Made by a program: the position numbers and the translations under genes
From: Choristocarpus tenellus KU-1152
Lineage: Eukaryota > Protista > Phaeophyceae
DNA: 46,292 nt
NCBI GenBank assembly: GCA_964200185.2
Contig: CAXNAD020000020.1
Coordinates: 1-46,292, forward strand
Reading direction: 5' to 3'
The notes under the pieces: generated by a model
Seen by the model: the letters and a program-made list of their open reading frames with translations, nothing else
Told to the model about the DNA's origin: nothing
Databases searched by the model: none
Shown: one piece after another, positions 1 through 13,076 of the stretch
How the letters are laid out: each line of letters opens with the position of its first letter
Numbering within the stretch: the first letter of the stretch is position 1

Positions 1-172
1 ATGATTCCTCATCGCTAGTAGTCTACGCATTTTGCCTACATGTACGATGCATTCGATTCAGGTTTCAACAGGTTATGAGCCCCACACGATTCCCCTTCGC
101 AAAATGTCAACATGAATCCCTCGAAAAAACCAACTGTTAACGGCAAAGTGCTTGACGAGAACAGAGTCCAAG

Positions 173-240
173 TAAACAAGAGGTACCCAGGGTTGCATTT
201 CAAGGATGCAGTCAAATATGTGCACAATTCGACATTTTAA
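173..240 (+). repeat. Second, partial copy of the left end of the MITE-like element at 8561
   Basis: taaacaagaggtacccagggttgcatttcaaggatgcagtcaaatatgtgcacaattcgacatttta aligns with aaacgagaggtatccagagttgcgttctaagggtgctgacaattatatgcaaatttcgtcaatattta. Confidence 0.6.
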
Positions 241-1429
241 CATGTATTTTGTATCACATTGTGTGTTGAAAGGGGAAATATCATTTTTTGCATATACCAA
301 TGAGCACACGAAGCAATTAAAATAGTGAACATTGCACAGGGTAGGAAAGATGGCTTAGAATATATGTAAAACGGTCCAAACCTGCCTACATCTCATTTGG
401 TTTCGCTCAAAGTGACGTTCACAAGCTGTATGCAAATGTTAACCAATGACAGCTAACTGCAGCAGTATGCAGCACACCTGGACCAAGGGTGGCATTAACA
501 ACGGAAGGATGGGCAAGTCACTGGGTGCTTGTCACCTCTCCTGGTGACGGAGGAAATGACTTCAGACCCCACAGTGGCCACAACATGAAAAGGATATCGA
601 CCCAATGTCCTGCAAAGTTTGGGGGACAATCCTTGTGTACATACTGGGAATGAAAGTCAAGGCTTAAGGCATGTATGTTCCGAAAATGTCAGAACTGTCG
701 TTCAGGCCATGTGCTCATGTTGAGGTTCCTTGTTCAACATGGAAGTTCCAACAACTGCTCAGAAAAAAATTGCCCCTATCCTCAGTATGCCGAAGGTTCT
801 AAATCTATGATCACAATCTTCATCTGAGGCCTATTTCAGAAGAAAGTGTGAATGGACAATGCTCATGAAACAGGAAGAATGGTGCATGCTCAACCAAAGT
901 CTTTGAACCCTATCTAAGTGAGCAAGGGCCAGCTCATGAGAGCATCCTCGTTCCTATCCTTATCTTCAAATATGGAATTTATACCCTCTGTGGTCCACTA
1001 AACAGACAGACTTGGTGAATGTCAGGAACATTTATTTCCCTCTCCCCATTGGATGAGTTGTGTGACAGTCACCTTGACACAAACCAAGAATCCACCCCAT
1101 AACACTAGGAATGCGTGTAACAACTAAATGCATACATTGATTAATTGCAAAAAGATTTAGGATAAGTAGAAGATATGCACAAGAAACTCGGACACGAAAA
1201 AATTAATTGCCCTCCAGTCAAATTCCCCGAAAACGACACATATCGCCTACAGTTTCCACAACTGGAACAACCACAAGGAGGGGCGCGTATCCACACACAG
1301 TCACACAATAGAAAATATAGATTATTCCCCATACACCCACCAGTAACACATAGATACCACCGTCAGTACTAAGGAGGGCATCCCAAGCCAGACTCCATAC
1401 CCAAACCAAAATTCTGCAGATTGTGTGTC

Positions 1430-1821
1430 ACACGTACTACTAGGTAGTTCAGTAACCGTAGCCACCTTCACATGGCGAGCTGCGACTTCTTCGGCCTTCA
1501 TAGTATGCCAGACGTGCATGAAGTGTTTGGTCCAATTCTCCACACACCTGTACCAACTGTTTAGATCATCTGCAATTAAACCTTCCTCTTCAAATGGGAT
1601 ATCGAAACACCCAAGGTTGTGTTGGAGACACCACCATCAGCTTCTCTCTGCACCTCCCATCCTCACCTTCGGTTTCACACCTCCCAGTTTCCCAAACATC
1701 AAGTTCTAGGGCAAGCGAGCGCTGTCCATATCCGCCACGAGACCCGCGGCAAGGGAGCATCGTCCATGCATGCCGTGAATCCCGCAAATATCAGCCTCCG
1801 TTTGGATATAGTCTCCTTGAT
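1430..1821 (-). mobile_element. Truncated, decayed non-LTR retrotransposon (RTE-like LINE), C-terminal end of the ORF
   Basis: The minus strand reads IKETISKRRLIFAGFTACMDDAPLP / AGLVADMDSARLP*NLMFGKLGGVKPKVRMGGAERS*WWCLQHNLGCFDIPFEEEGLIADDLNSWYRCVENWTKHFMHVWHTMKAEEVAARHVK. This resembles the RTE-clade post-RT C-terminus (RRL.W/F.G...RM...RLPK..MFG.L..G.R..G...K.W..CL..DL..F.I). It has two in-frame stops and a frameshift. Confidence 0.75.
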
Positions 1822-1957
1822 GTGGAGCGATGGGAGAATACAACCAAAAATGCAACACTACGTTCCATACAAAAATAAAACAAATGTAACGGTATGCAAT
1901 TAGAATTCGTCTCACTTTTCACAATCAGCATGCCTGTAGGATACAGCGGGGAGATTT

Positions 1958-4900
1958 ATGGCTGCTACCATGGATGCGGATTACCTCAAGCAAACTGTGG
2001 GCGACTCCCTTTCTGAGGCTCTCACTGATCTTGTTATAGCTCAGCCGACAGACCCTGTCGAGTTTATCGGAGAGGCGCTGATAAACTTTGTCAAGCGCAA
2101 GCAACACCAGGCCAAGGTATTGACCATTTATATCTCTTGACATTAGTTGGAGTGTGGTGCTTGAGTTTTGTGCGTCGTTAGGAATGATGATGACAATAGA
2201 ATATGAGATCGGCTGCAATTTGAAACATTTGGCACGTCTGCCTGATCGAATAACGAGCAGTACCTGTTTCCGTTCACATATGTCCTCCTCATATCATTAT
2301 CGCTTCAGCAAATATTGCCGTACAAGGTGTGTTGACCTTGTTCTCGAGTCCATCCATGCGGTGCGTCAATGATAGTGTATATATTTGGGGCAGTCTAGCA
2401 AATCCCTCTATTGAACAATGTGCTCTAGACTGTCGACGCCTAACATTAGAGTGGAGAAATTTACGAACATCTCTTTTGTGCTGGCTAATGGTGACCCTAT
2501 CGCTCATTTTTGGTGCCATGCTCATACTACGTGGTCAGCGAAATGCTCATGCTCAACATATGGAGGACCTGCTGATAGCAGCTCAGGCAGAGCAGGTGAG
2601 TTGCCCTTCAAAGTCTATTACTCGAAATTTTCTGTCCTTCTAGTTGGCGGGGCATTTCGGATTTGAGTGGGTCTTATTCTGTGGTCTTTTGACGCATCTC
2701 TATGCTACAGGAGCAACTTGTCAAAGTCCGTGACGCCGAACAGGCAATATTAGCAGCCAAAGCTGCAGAAGAGGCAACGGTGCTGAGTGCAATATCAAGT
2801 GCACCAGATCATGCTACAGTTTACTCCAAGGTGGGTTGAGGACAATATCTTCATTCCCTTTTATCCAAGGTGTAGGTTGGCCTGGTGAATAGAGGGACTC
2901 AAGGGAGATATATAATGGTATAGAAGTTACACCACGACCCCCAATTTCTACCATGTAGTACCCATGTTTGACACTATCATTTCCATTCCGATTTCTCCAG
3001 CATTACCATGCTACTTTGTGTGACTAGGGCACTCTATACGCTTGAGTTAACCTTCATACAGACAGAAGCATTGAATGTGAAGCAACTGCAGATGGGTTGC
3101 TAAATGCTTTTATACTGTAGTAGTGAGACCTCTCCTTAGATCATTGTGTATCCAGCGACACAATGGTTCCTTATTCAAAGCAGCTCTTCTGTCAATGTTG
3201 GTAGTCGACCAGAGCCCATCACAACCTAGTCTGCACTCACTACCTTCACAACTCTCCAAACTTTCACAACCTGCTTTTAACTCTTGGGCATCTTACATAC
3301 CCTGCAACCAATCCTGCTTAACTGATTACCAATTGTGACATACATTTTTTCACGTCGAAATATGCTCGTCAAAGCATTATGCACTTTTTGTGGTTTATTT
3401 TCCACAATGCCAAGGCAACTCCAGCTAAGCATACTTGAGTATTGCGGGGGGGGATTAACTCAGGACCTAACCAGTGAATACTGCGTTGCTGCTGAGGGTT
3501 GATAACCATGCCCACAAATTAAGTTTCATTTAATTCACATTTCCCACTGTCTTAAACTATCAGGGTCAGTACTCTTCCCTGATACGACACAGTGTGGGAT
3601 ACTCCTGGATACCAGCCATCCCTGTCTGGTCCCTAAGGCACCAATTAGACATAATTAGGAGAGAAGAATGGTTAACTGGTCTTGCCCCACTAGCATTTAT
3701 GAGTTATAAGGCAGGAGGGCTAGCCCTGATTAAACAATTTAGGATAAGGGGGAATGGACACCCCGGGTCTTGCTTTGGTACAGTTAGTGTCTCCTCCCTG
3801 AACTACGTACAAGAGCCAAGCTGTGTGTTCTGTTGCTCATAGGGTAGGTCCTGGATCTACAGGTTTGGAAACAACCAGAAAATCAAAACACCTTTGCATC
3901 ATGCCTCCTCACTTAATATTTGAAGTAGCTTCTGCACGATGAACAAATGATAACATGCAATGCAACATTGTATTGGCATAAGGCATTCTGCCTCTTCAAA
4001 TGGTGCAAAGTACTTTGAGTATTGGCGGTACCGCACTCCAAAGTGTGTTGGCTAATACTATGTAATATGTTGTATCAACCATGATTGGATTTTTTGCTTT
4101 CATTGTCCTTGCTTCAAGATCAAAATATACTCGTGATACTTGATCAAATTCACCACCTGCTCACAACACACTCATCCAACTCCCCATGGAACTATTCCAT
4201 TGCAGGTTATTGCCTTCATGAAGGACAGAGTGGGTGTTTCAAGTGTACAATTGGGGCAAAGGTTGTTCTGGGAGGGGCAAGACATCATTGAGTATATCGC
4301 TGCTTCAGAGGATCAGAAGTGGATGGTTGGCCAGGTCTACTTTGTATTGAAGATTTAGGTCCCCTGTACTGTACAGAGGGAATATCCAAGTAGAGGGGGG
4401 GGGCTGTGAATACAACTAGGATGTGGCTTCTTTTATCACCTCTATCTCTATGTGTGTGCTGTATGTCATTCTTTCTATGTAGACGTGGTGAATATAATGT
4501 ACAATTGACTTGCCTGACAAGCAGTAGGTGTCTCCTTTTTTCATCTCATGCTTTTTCTTGCACATTTGTAGTATGGAATTTCTGCTTCAACGACTGCCTG
4601 TTTCTCCTTTTAGATCTTGCAAGAGGTTTGCTTGACCAGAGAAATTGACTTTTGTTTGAGGTTGCACAATATTTCAGTCTAAGAAAAACTAGCCTTCAAA
4701 GCATTTGCCATATATTAATAAATATATTTTATGGGAAAGCAACCACCCAATGGCAATACTTCTGTCTTATATTTTCCCAGCTATATATCATTGTGCTTGG
4801 ACGATACAATACATATTCTTTTTACTATACTACTGTCCTGCAATTTATTGTAGAGTACATTTTGAGAATATTTACGTTACAATAGTGAACCCTACGTGTC

Positions 4901-7900
4901 TACCTAGTATCCTCATGATTAACCGAGAATGATTCCCTGTGCTAAATGTCATCCTTGGTAGCACATGCCGATTCAGCCTTGAGCATCTATCTAGAGGTAG
5001 CTAGCTCAATCTACAGATCAATTCCCAGTGAGAGAGGACTATCAGTGCTCTGAGACCTGGTTCTCTTCATATCTTTCAAAGATCATTTAACCCCCTTTAC
5101 CAGAATCTCAAAGGGTTAAAGGAGGGTGAATATGAAGGGGAGGAGGGAGGAAAGGAGGGAGAGGAGGAGGGAGTCACTTTTAGGATATGGAAAAAAACAG
5201 AGGAGCCACCTCCCAAAGACCCAGAATATGATGAGGTGCGCTTCTATTGGCATGTTATGTCTATCACCACCATTTTTTCCACCCATATTTCTTGCTATAG
5301 TTACAATATTGTAGCCACTGCAATAGGGAATATTCATATTTAACCCAACAATATAAGATTGGATTGCCCTTTGAATATTGTGGTTGTTGGTTTAATGGAC
5401 AACCTGAGCGATTCAGGAGCTTCTCTTCTATTGGAGAGCTTGAGGGTATGGGACAAGTTAGCTTTTGTTCTATGTTCATCATCCACCCCCCCTGTTGCAG
5501 TTGGCATCTGATCCTTCTTACCTTTGTTGGTTTACTCTTAACCCTGATTTTCTTCTGATCCAGAAAGTGAAAGTATTTTAGAGGGTATGAGTTTTTCCCT
5601 GTCTATCTGTTTAGAGCTTGGCTTCCCATGTTTATTTTTATGACATTTTCCTACTCCAAAATATTGGAGTAGGTAAAATGTGTACGTTATGAAAAGGTGT
5701 GTCTGGAACAAGGATATTGACACTTCCTAACAAACACGATAGCCAAAATTACATCAAAATTGCAACATTATATTTTGGCCTCCAAATGGACACGACTCTA
5801 TCCTCTAAGATACTTTGACTCACAATATTTGCTAACACCAAATCTTAGCTGATCTTTCATACCCCACTCAACACCATGCTCTTTTTCAAAGGATGGGGAG
5901 TTGATCCCTGACGAGAATGAGCCAGAGTTGTTACCTCCTGAGTACCTACACATTGACAATGTGATTCGCGATGGATATGTGAAGTTTTATGGTATCCCCA
6001 AACTGGGTGCCTATCTGGTGGTGCCAGTGACATACAGCTCCTGGTTGCATCCTGGAGGTGAGTTTGTAGTGCTTGGTAAACAATTTTTGAGTGTTCTGGC
6101 CTATTCTAGGGGAAAGAGGCTGTTCCATTACGAGGGTTATCTTATTAGGTGCATTCAAGTTATTGGTGCGAAATATTCAGCCTTTATGTGACTTCCAATG
6201 GTTGTCAACATGATGGTTGGTAAGAGGGCCATTTCAATGCAAGGTGCTCATCATCTGCGAACATAATTTCTTGTAAAACAAGTAAGGTGCTGGTCATTTA
6301 GAGAGGGTAGCGGAGTAGGTAGTGTGAGAGAAGGAGATGGGACGAGTAAATAGCAGTGATTGAAAAAGATGTTTCAAGGATGGTGGTAGAAGCAGATGGG
6401 ATAGCCATGGAAGGCATGCAGAGGGGCTTGGGACTTCTTCTTGTAGGTTAGTTGGTTTCATGGTTGCATAGCTTTCAAGTGCCAAAGTGGACTACAAATA
6501 TGTGAATAGACTTGGTCTGTGCAAATTCTAACATGTATATTGTGCTTTCCAATATATCTTCTACTGGGTTTAACCCATCATGCAAGCAGGGATTTCTGAC
6601 ACATCTGTTGAGGGTGGGAATGTTGAGGAGGATGAAGGTGGCGAGGGTGACAATGTGGCAACCAAAGATCATGAGGGGGGTATTCGCAAGGTGATGTTCT
6701 TGAACATAATAGGAGTAGTTTTTCTGCAGTCAAAATGTAGCATGAAATGTGGAAATGGAAATATCTAGAAATCTGTATATTTGTTGCAGGGGAAAAGTCC
6801 TGCATCCTCTTGTAATCATAGGGCTATTACCTGCATCTAATGCACACACCAGCCAGCTAGATTGCCCTATAAAATAAGATATAAGACATACCTCTACCAG
6901 GTATTCGTGTGGTCTCCAACAACTGTACGGCCTCAACCAACTTCTTGTTCCTGACTAAATAACAGTCCTGACTATAGAAGTACAATAGCAGGAGAAAACT
7001 AATGTACACATTTGCTGCCTTGCAACAATTTACTGTCAGGTGCTGTAGGAATAGGAGTAACAGCAATGATAGTGGTGATCAATGTTACTGTAAAGCATTA
7101 CAAAAAGCATTGGCAAGTGTTAAGGTCCTTTGACTGATAGAACTTGACACGATACTACTTACAATAGGGCAGACTAAGCTCGTTGGATGGCAGTAACCTA
7201 TCATGATGCATGTATAACCAGAGTGACTCTTCTTGCACTCCCTCAAGGACAAAAACATAACAAGCTCTTTCAACATGATCTACAATCTCTATCACTGTGA
7301 ACGCATATCCTGCAAGATAGGAAAGTGCATAATGTCTTGTTCCACCTTTCCTGATTAGCCTGGGTGTTGTCTACCTGCAGGGTGTGAGGAATGGAGAGGG
7401 CGAGGGTGAGACAAACCCTGATCAGGTAGTTAGTGAGGAGAAACCCCTAACTTGCCCTTTCAAGAAAAACAGTTCCAATGTGCAGATGGTAATGTGCATG
7501 GACACCATGGGAATGGTGAGTGTAAGACAAAGTACGGTATTTTCTGCCTATCAATGGGTTTGTTTGATGTATGTTTGTCTCTTGGCTAGGGGATTGTTTT
7601 CATTGTTTAAATCATCACTGCAATAGTGAACCAATTGCTGGACAGCATTTGCATCGACTAATATTCCCCACCAGGCATGATGGATATTAGAGATGGAACT
7701 ATTGGTCCAGAAAAGAAAATGCCATCCTTCTAAGTTAGTATAGATTACATACCACTTCACTTGCTTCATCAGATCATTCGATAGACCTGACCTCCTGGTC
7801 TGAATGCTTGTGCACTCCTTCACAGAGGCTTGCTTTGGTGTTTATATCTTGTTCTGTTTGTAGACTTGACAAGGGTTCTAACCGAAAGATAAGATCAGTC

Positions 7901-10900
7901 GATAAGGATATGGGCCGAGGGATATGCCTTTCCAGAACTTTGGACAAGCTACATGTAATAATTGTAGCACCGCTGAGGTATTAATACCTTTCAAACATCG
8001 TTATTCACTCCTTTGTGCCCCCTCTTGAATACTTGGAATGGACTCCTCTCCGATATTACATTGCATTTATCAGGTAGGCGGACCTCATGGGCAAGGTCAA
8101 CCATGTTGAATGCCAAAATATCTCCTCTTCCCCCACCATGCCCCATACATTTGTTGTTTGGTCAACTGTTCTTTCCTCATCTGCACCACCACACGGCATT
8201 GTGAATTTGCGGTGGCAGGGCCAATGCTTCAAACCTTCACAGATAGCCTTGGCAAAGGAGTGGGCGGCAAAACTTACATCTGCACTTGAGGGTGTGGAGG
8301 TGGGGACAAGCAGGAGGACGGGAAGATTTGATAAAATGCTGTCTTCATATTTTGCACTTGATCAAACATTGGCACGGAGGAACTGAGGGCATTTCTGATC
8401 TTGATTAACAAGGACACAATGAATGCTAACACCCATAAAAAACGTGCACAAACATCCACAAATTCCCTTCTTGGTTGCTACTTCAGGACAAAGACTCAAA
8501 AATACTCTGATGACTCATGACATGAAGGACATGTTTTGGGTCATAAACCAAAGTAAATGAAAACGAGAGGTATCCAGAGTTGCGTTCTAAGGGTGCTGAC
8601 AATTATATGCAAATTTCGTCAATATTTACAAATGTGAATAGAACTTTTCTGAACTCTTCCGAAAAGTTCAATCAATAGAGAAACTGGCACTCTCAGGTCA
8701 AACTTAGCACTTCATCCATAGAACATGAGTGGATTGTAATGGATTGGAAAACTGGTTTAAAGCATGAAATGATCAATACCTGGGTACCTCTCGTTTATCT
8801 CAACTCCATTCAAGGATAGAACCTAGATCTCCAAATCCCGATGCAAGCACTTCACCAATTGGCCAAGGTTATACTCTATACCAGCCTTATCACATGATCA
8901 ATCTATAATGCTGTTGGTATGTATGGCAGGAATCGTATCTTTGGTAAATAGAAAATTCAGTCTAACTTCCTCAGAATATTAGCAATGTGCTGCAGAACAC
9001 TTTCCCAGATTCATCATTACCCCTTTTCTGTGTGACCATCTATGCCAGAGCCGCATCTTTGAAGTAGAGGTTACCCTGATCCCTAGACTGAGGGGGGAGG
9101 AGGCTAGTGAAATACTTGCATCAGCAATGACAGAAGAGGCAACTGCTGCTGCAGTTTTAGAGGCAATCGCTGCCCTGCCAGAGAATTCGTCAGAGGAGGA
9201 GAAAAAGCAAGCAGAAGAGGTGGGAAATTTATTCATTGACATGTTTTTGTCGTCGGTAATTGTATAGCCGAGTTAGCTGAGTTTTGATCTAGGTGGTGGG
9301 TGCGGATCTTGGGTGTACGTTCAAGGCTTGGAGGTGACACTGGGCTTGCTTTGTAGGTGGCGCTGACTCAGGCTCACTCTGGTTTGGCCATGTTAGTAGA
9401 TTCTGAGTAGACTTTTTATTGTTACCCAAATTAATGTTGAACTATATGTTGGGTCAAAGATGATGCAGCTGGACTTGAGGTTTATATTGAGACTGAACTA
9501 TGAATTGATATTGTCTGAATTTGGGTGTACTTGGGATTTGAGTTGAAAGAACATTTAAGTTGAGGTTCACCTATTTTCAGGCTTTGGGCAATTCCGAAAG
9601 GACCAGTTTCACTTGCGATCTGTTTGGGATTTATACTCTTCAGGAAGCTGGTTCATTTTATGGACAGAGCACATCAACTGAGAATGCCTTTTTTTAGGTG
9701 GTCCAATCTCGTTGTGTTAGTTGTATGATGTGGACTCTGGAGACAAGAACAGTAAGCAAGGAGACCCTACTGTTGCATGACTGCCTACCCCAATAGCAGT
9801 AGTAGTGTAGTGGAAACTCGATATTAGTAGTAGTATTTAACAAACTCAAGGATGGTGATGCTTCCAGGCTCAATCTATGAGTTATCACCACACATGTTGC
9901 GTGGTCTCCCTAGGCTATCATCTCAAACTTCATGTTCCCAATTGGGTCTGTTACCTGGACCATTCCTTACATTCAATATTTCCTCTCCCGCTGTAAGGAG
10001 TCAAGAAAGGACTCCACTCCAGTCAGGATTCGAACCCACTACCCAGGGGCTCTGATTTTGGTACAGTGATATCACAGCATTTAACCCCTAAGTGAAGAAC
10101 GTGGTTCAGCCAGGATTCGAACTCACTACTTTGAGCTTCTGATTTTGGTATAGTGATATGTCAAATTTCAACCCCTATATATACAACGTTGTACAGAAGG
10201 AAAATGATCAAGTTGGCATCAATCAGTGTAGTGTTATGGAATGGGAGTGTGTGGTTCAAGAAAAGGTGAGGGAGGGGAAAGTTGGGGGAAGGTCAAGGGT
10301 GTCAAATACTGATATATTGGTGGCTGTCTGTCCTGGTGGAACAATGGTATCTCAATGCTCGACAATATCAGAGGCTGGGAACCTACGCAGCAAAACTGGT
10401 GGGCCACCACCACACTAATTGCGTGTTTAGGTTCGCAGGTCAGACAAAGATGAACAAGTGCTTTAGTGTGCATAGGTTGAAAAACTCTTAAAAGTACAAC
10501 ATAGCTGTACTCAACACTTACTCAGCATATCAAGTCATCTTGGAAGCATTTAAAGGGATTCTTCAAGGAACTCGTTTGGAATGCCAAAAACCTCCATCTC
10601 CCACATGTCTCTCCTTCCAAATCTACGCTGGAAGCTTGCTCGGCACGCTGAAAGAAGGAAGGCAGTTGTAGCAATGGAGGAGCTAATCGCTGTAATGGGG
10701 AAACTTTCCCTACCCCCCCCGGTGGGGGTGCTGAGTGTGCTAGAACAAGCGTTTGCCTTAGTGGGGATAGAGCGCTCAAAACTGTGCAACTCTAGGTAAG
10801 GGAGTTGAAAGAAGGGGAAGTCTGCTATGTTGCATTTATCATAAGAAGATTTCCTCTTACCCTCCTCTTTTGTACCCTGCAGGGACGGAAGGACACATCC

Positions 10901-11481
10901 TTTCCAGAAGACCTAATGGTAAAAACTCTTCTCTTGTGTAATAGGGAGGTAGATCAACTCTGGTTTCAGGGACATTGACACATATCCATGCATGTGTTCT
11001 CACCCCCATATCCCCTCCACTCACTGACTTGGCAATACACAGGGGATCTATTGACTGGGCAAAGAAGATGCGTAAAATCGTTGAGAGGGATCTAGTGACA
11101 TGCATCCTTGCTTTTGACCCGACCTCAGAGGCATCAGCCAATGTGGCTATGGAATTGAAGGTGCAGCATGAGGTCTATTTGGAGTAATTTTTTAGGGTGT
11201 GACATTGCACACACTATTTTGTCCTCTTAGATTTTGAATAATTGTGAGCTGTGACCCCACATTTCGCCTTCCCCACACTCCCATTGCAGGATGAAGCGGG
11301 AGGTGTGGATCCAGAGGTGGTCCGTGCCAACAATATCCCCCTTTTCGCTGTCCTTGAGTGGGTGATTTCGGCTATTAGAGCAGCTGAGGCTGTTGCTGCT
11401 GTCAGGCAGGCTGTTGCTGATGCCGCTGCTGCAGAAGCTGAGGCTGCTGCTGAGGCGGAAGCAGAGGAAGATGGTGGTTGA
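1958..11481 (+). CDS. RSP2: Flagellar radial spoke protein 2 homologue (N-terminal Dpy-30 motif, GAF-like domain, acidic/Ala-rich C-terminus), 13 exons
   Basis: Phase-consistent GT-AG exons: 1958-2116, 2539-2595, 2711-2830, 4206-4334, 5104-5235, 5892-6057, 6590-6690, 7381-7515, 8219-8299, 9049-9219, 10635-10795, 11043-11160, 11290-11481. Dpy-30 motif DYLKQTVGDSLSEALTDLVIAQPTDPVEFIG. Blocks YIAASEDQKWMVGQ, VTFRIW, LHIDNVIRDGYVKFYGIPKLGAY and MDTMGMGQCFKPSQIALAKEWAAKLTSALE are colinear with Chlamydomonas RSP2 as I recall it. Confidence 0.8.
8561..8797. mobile_element. Putative MITE (~237 bp, terminal inverted repeats) in RSP2 intron 9
   Basis: AAACGAGAGGTATCCAG (8561-8577) is inverted to CTGGGTACCTCTCGTTT (8780-8796) with 1 mismatch. 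The interior is AT-rich and non-coding. A related left end occurs at 173-240. Confidence 0.55.
10020..10177 (-). repeat. Two tandem ~70-bp tRNA-derived units (pseudo-tRNA / SINE head) in RSP2 intron 10
   Basis: Copies at 10020-10090 and 10107-10177. On the minus strand each has a B-box/T-arm GTG(G/A)GTTCGAATCCTG preceded by an AGGGGTT(A/G)AA A-box-like motif. No clean acceptor stem or anticodon arm is visible. Confidence 0.6.
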
Positions 11482-13076
11482 GCAATGAGAGTGAAACAGG
11501 CTATGGGGTGTCAGTGTTGAATAAAAACTAGCATATGATGGGGGGTGAGGAATTCCACCAGGTTGACTGGTAGGCTGAGATAGAGGTTGGCTGGATAAGA
11601 GCTTCTTGAGGGTTGATGTTTGTTTTTGGAGTGCTTCTGTCCAAACTGAACACATTTTCGAAACACCTCTTAGCATGGAGATCTCTTGCATACTTCTTGT
11701 GTATGTCTACACTCTTGAGTCATTGATAATGAGGACAGTGGCTGTGGTGTTAGAAAACTGGTAAAGGGGTAGTAATCATAGGAGACGGTACGAGATCCTA
11801 TAACTTCAATGAGCAAATCCACGAGTTTTAGACCTGTACCATCCCCTCTGTCACCATCAATGACTATTCATGTGAGAAGTCACAACAATATGATAGTCAG
11901 CACTAGGGGAGATACAACACATTTTTCATCATATTTAGCAATATTTTTTGTCACAATTCAAATTTAATTCAAACTACTCACGCAAATTTAATCTTACGGT
12001 CAAAGTACTTCAAAGTACCCTTCTTTGTCTCTTGTAAAGCCAAGGAATAGATATGATACAATGCTAAATTGCTTGAAATGTTCTGTACCTGCAACTTGTT
12101 ATGATGAGAGTGGAACACATACCAGGAACAGCCACATTTATTTTTCCTCCTGTTGTAGGGGACGCAGTACTGGGGTACAAGGTCCACCAGCCTTGATGCA
12201 TGGTGGTGAATACCTGCAGTATAGATAAGGGACCTCATTGGCCAAGGTGATGCAGTATTATCGAAGGATGGGATTTGTTATACACTTTGTACATCTTTGA
12301 CTGTGATGTGAAAGGTATTGTATGCGTACACCCTTCTTTATTTGTGTCAATGTCTGAGGTGTTGGGAGGTGGTTTTATCCTTCACAAGTTGGAGGATAGG
12401 TCCCATTACACAAACTAGCTATGTTTGCTTCTAGTGGGAATGCTCACTTTGGTTGCTTCCTGTCAACATGCATGCACCAACTTTCCAAATAAATACCAAC
12501 ATCAAAGTCAACCAGCTTACCAAAACATTAAGTGGCACACTATCTATTGCTTCCTGTCATAGAAACAGTGTTGGCACACTCATGATTGATTGTTGGTTGG
12601 AAGGCAGCACTGTCCTAGAATAGATCTGACATGGATTTTGTCATGTCATAGATATTGTTGTTCTCAGAGTTCATATATAATAGATAAGAGGTAAGTAGAA
12701 CGATGTGTAGGTGTGGCTGCACAGACTTTTTAGTGCTATCGATGTGCCTGTATATATATTATAATACTGATTTTTCTAAGTGCATATTTTTATCCATTAT
12801 AACCCAAATCACAAAGGGGCCCATACATACTGCCCAAACTTTTATCGTGTCCACAATCCTCCTGCTCCTTTCTTGATCACGACCAAGTGTAGTAGCATCT
12901 CTTCTGTTTACACCCCTAGATGATCGTTTATTGCCTAATGAGGAGAACAACAGCTGTCTATGTTTATCAAAATAATGATGAGATCTGTTCAGTCTAGGTT
13001 TCATGTCCACATAACACCTGTTTATTTTTTATGGGTTGAACTCCAACACACACTTTGAATTGTCACAACTCTTTTC

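Noticed and set aside
10020-10177. Functional tRNA genes
   Set aside because: Only the T-arm/B-box is convincing. No acceptor or anticodon stems could be folded.
12759-13010. ORF next to the tolB fragment as a continuation of the bacterial insert
   Set aside because: I found no TolB C-terminal or Pal motifs in the frames I read.
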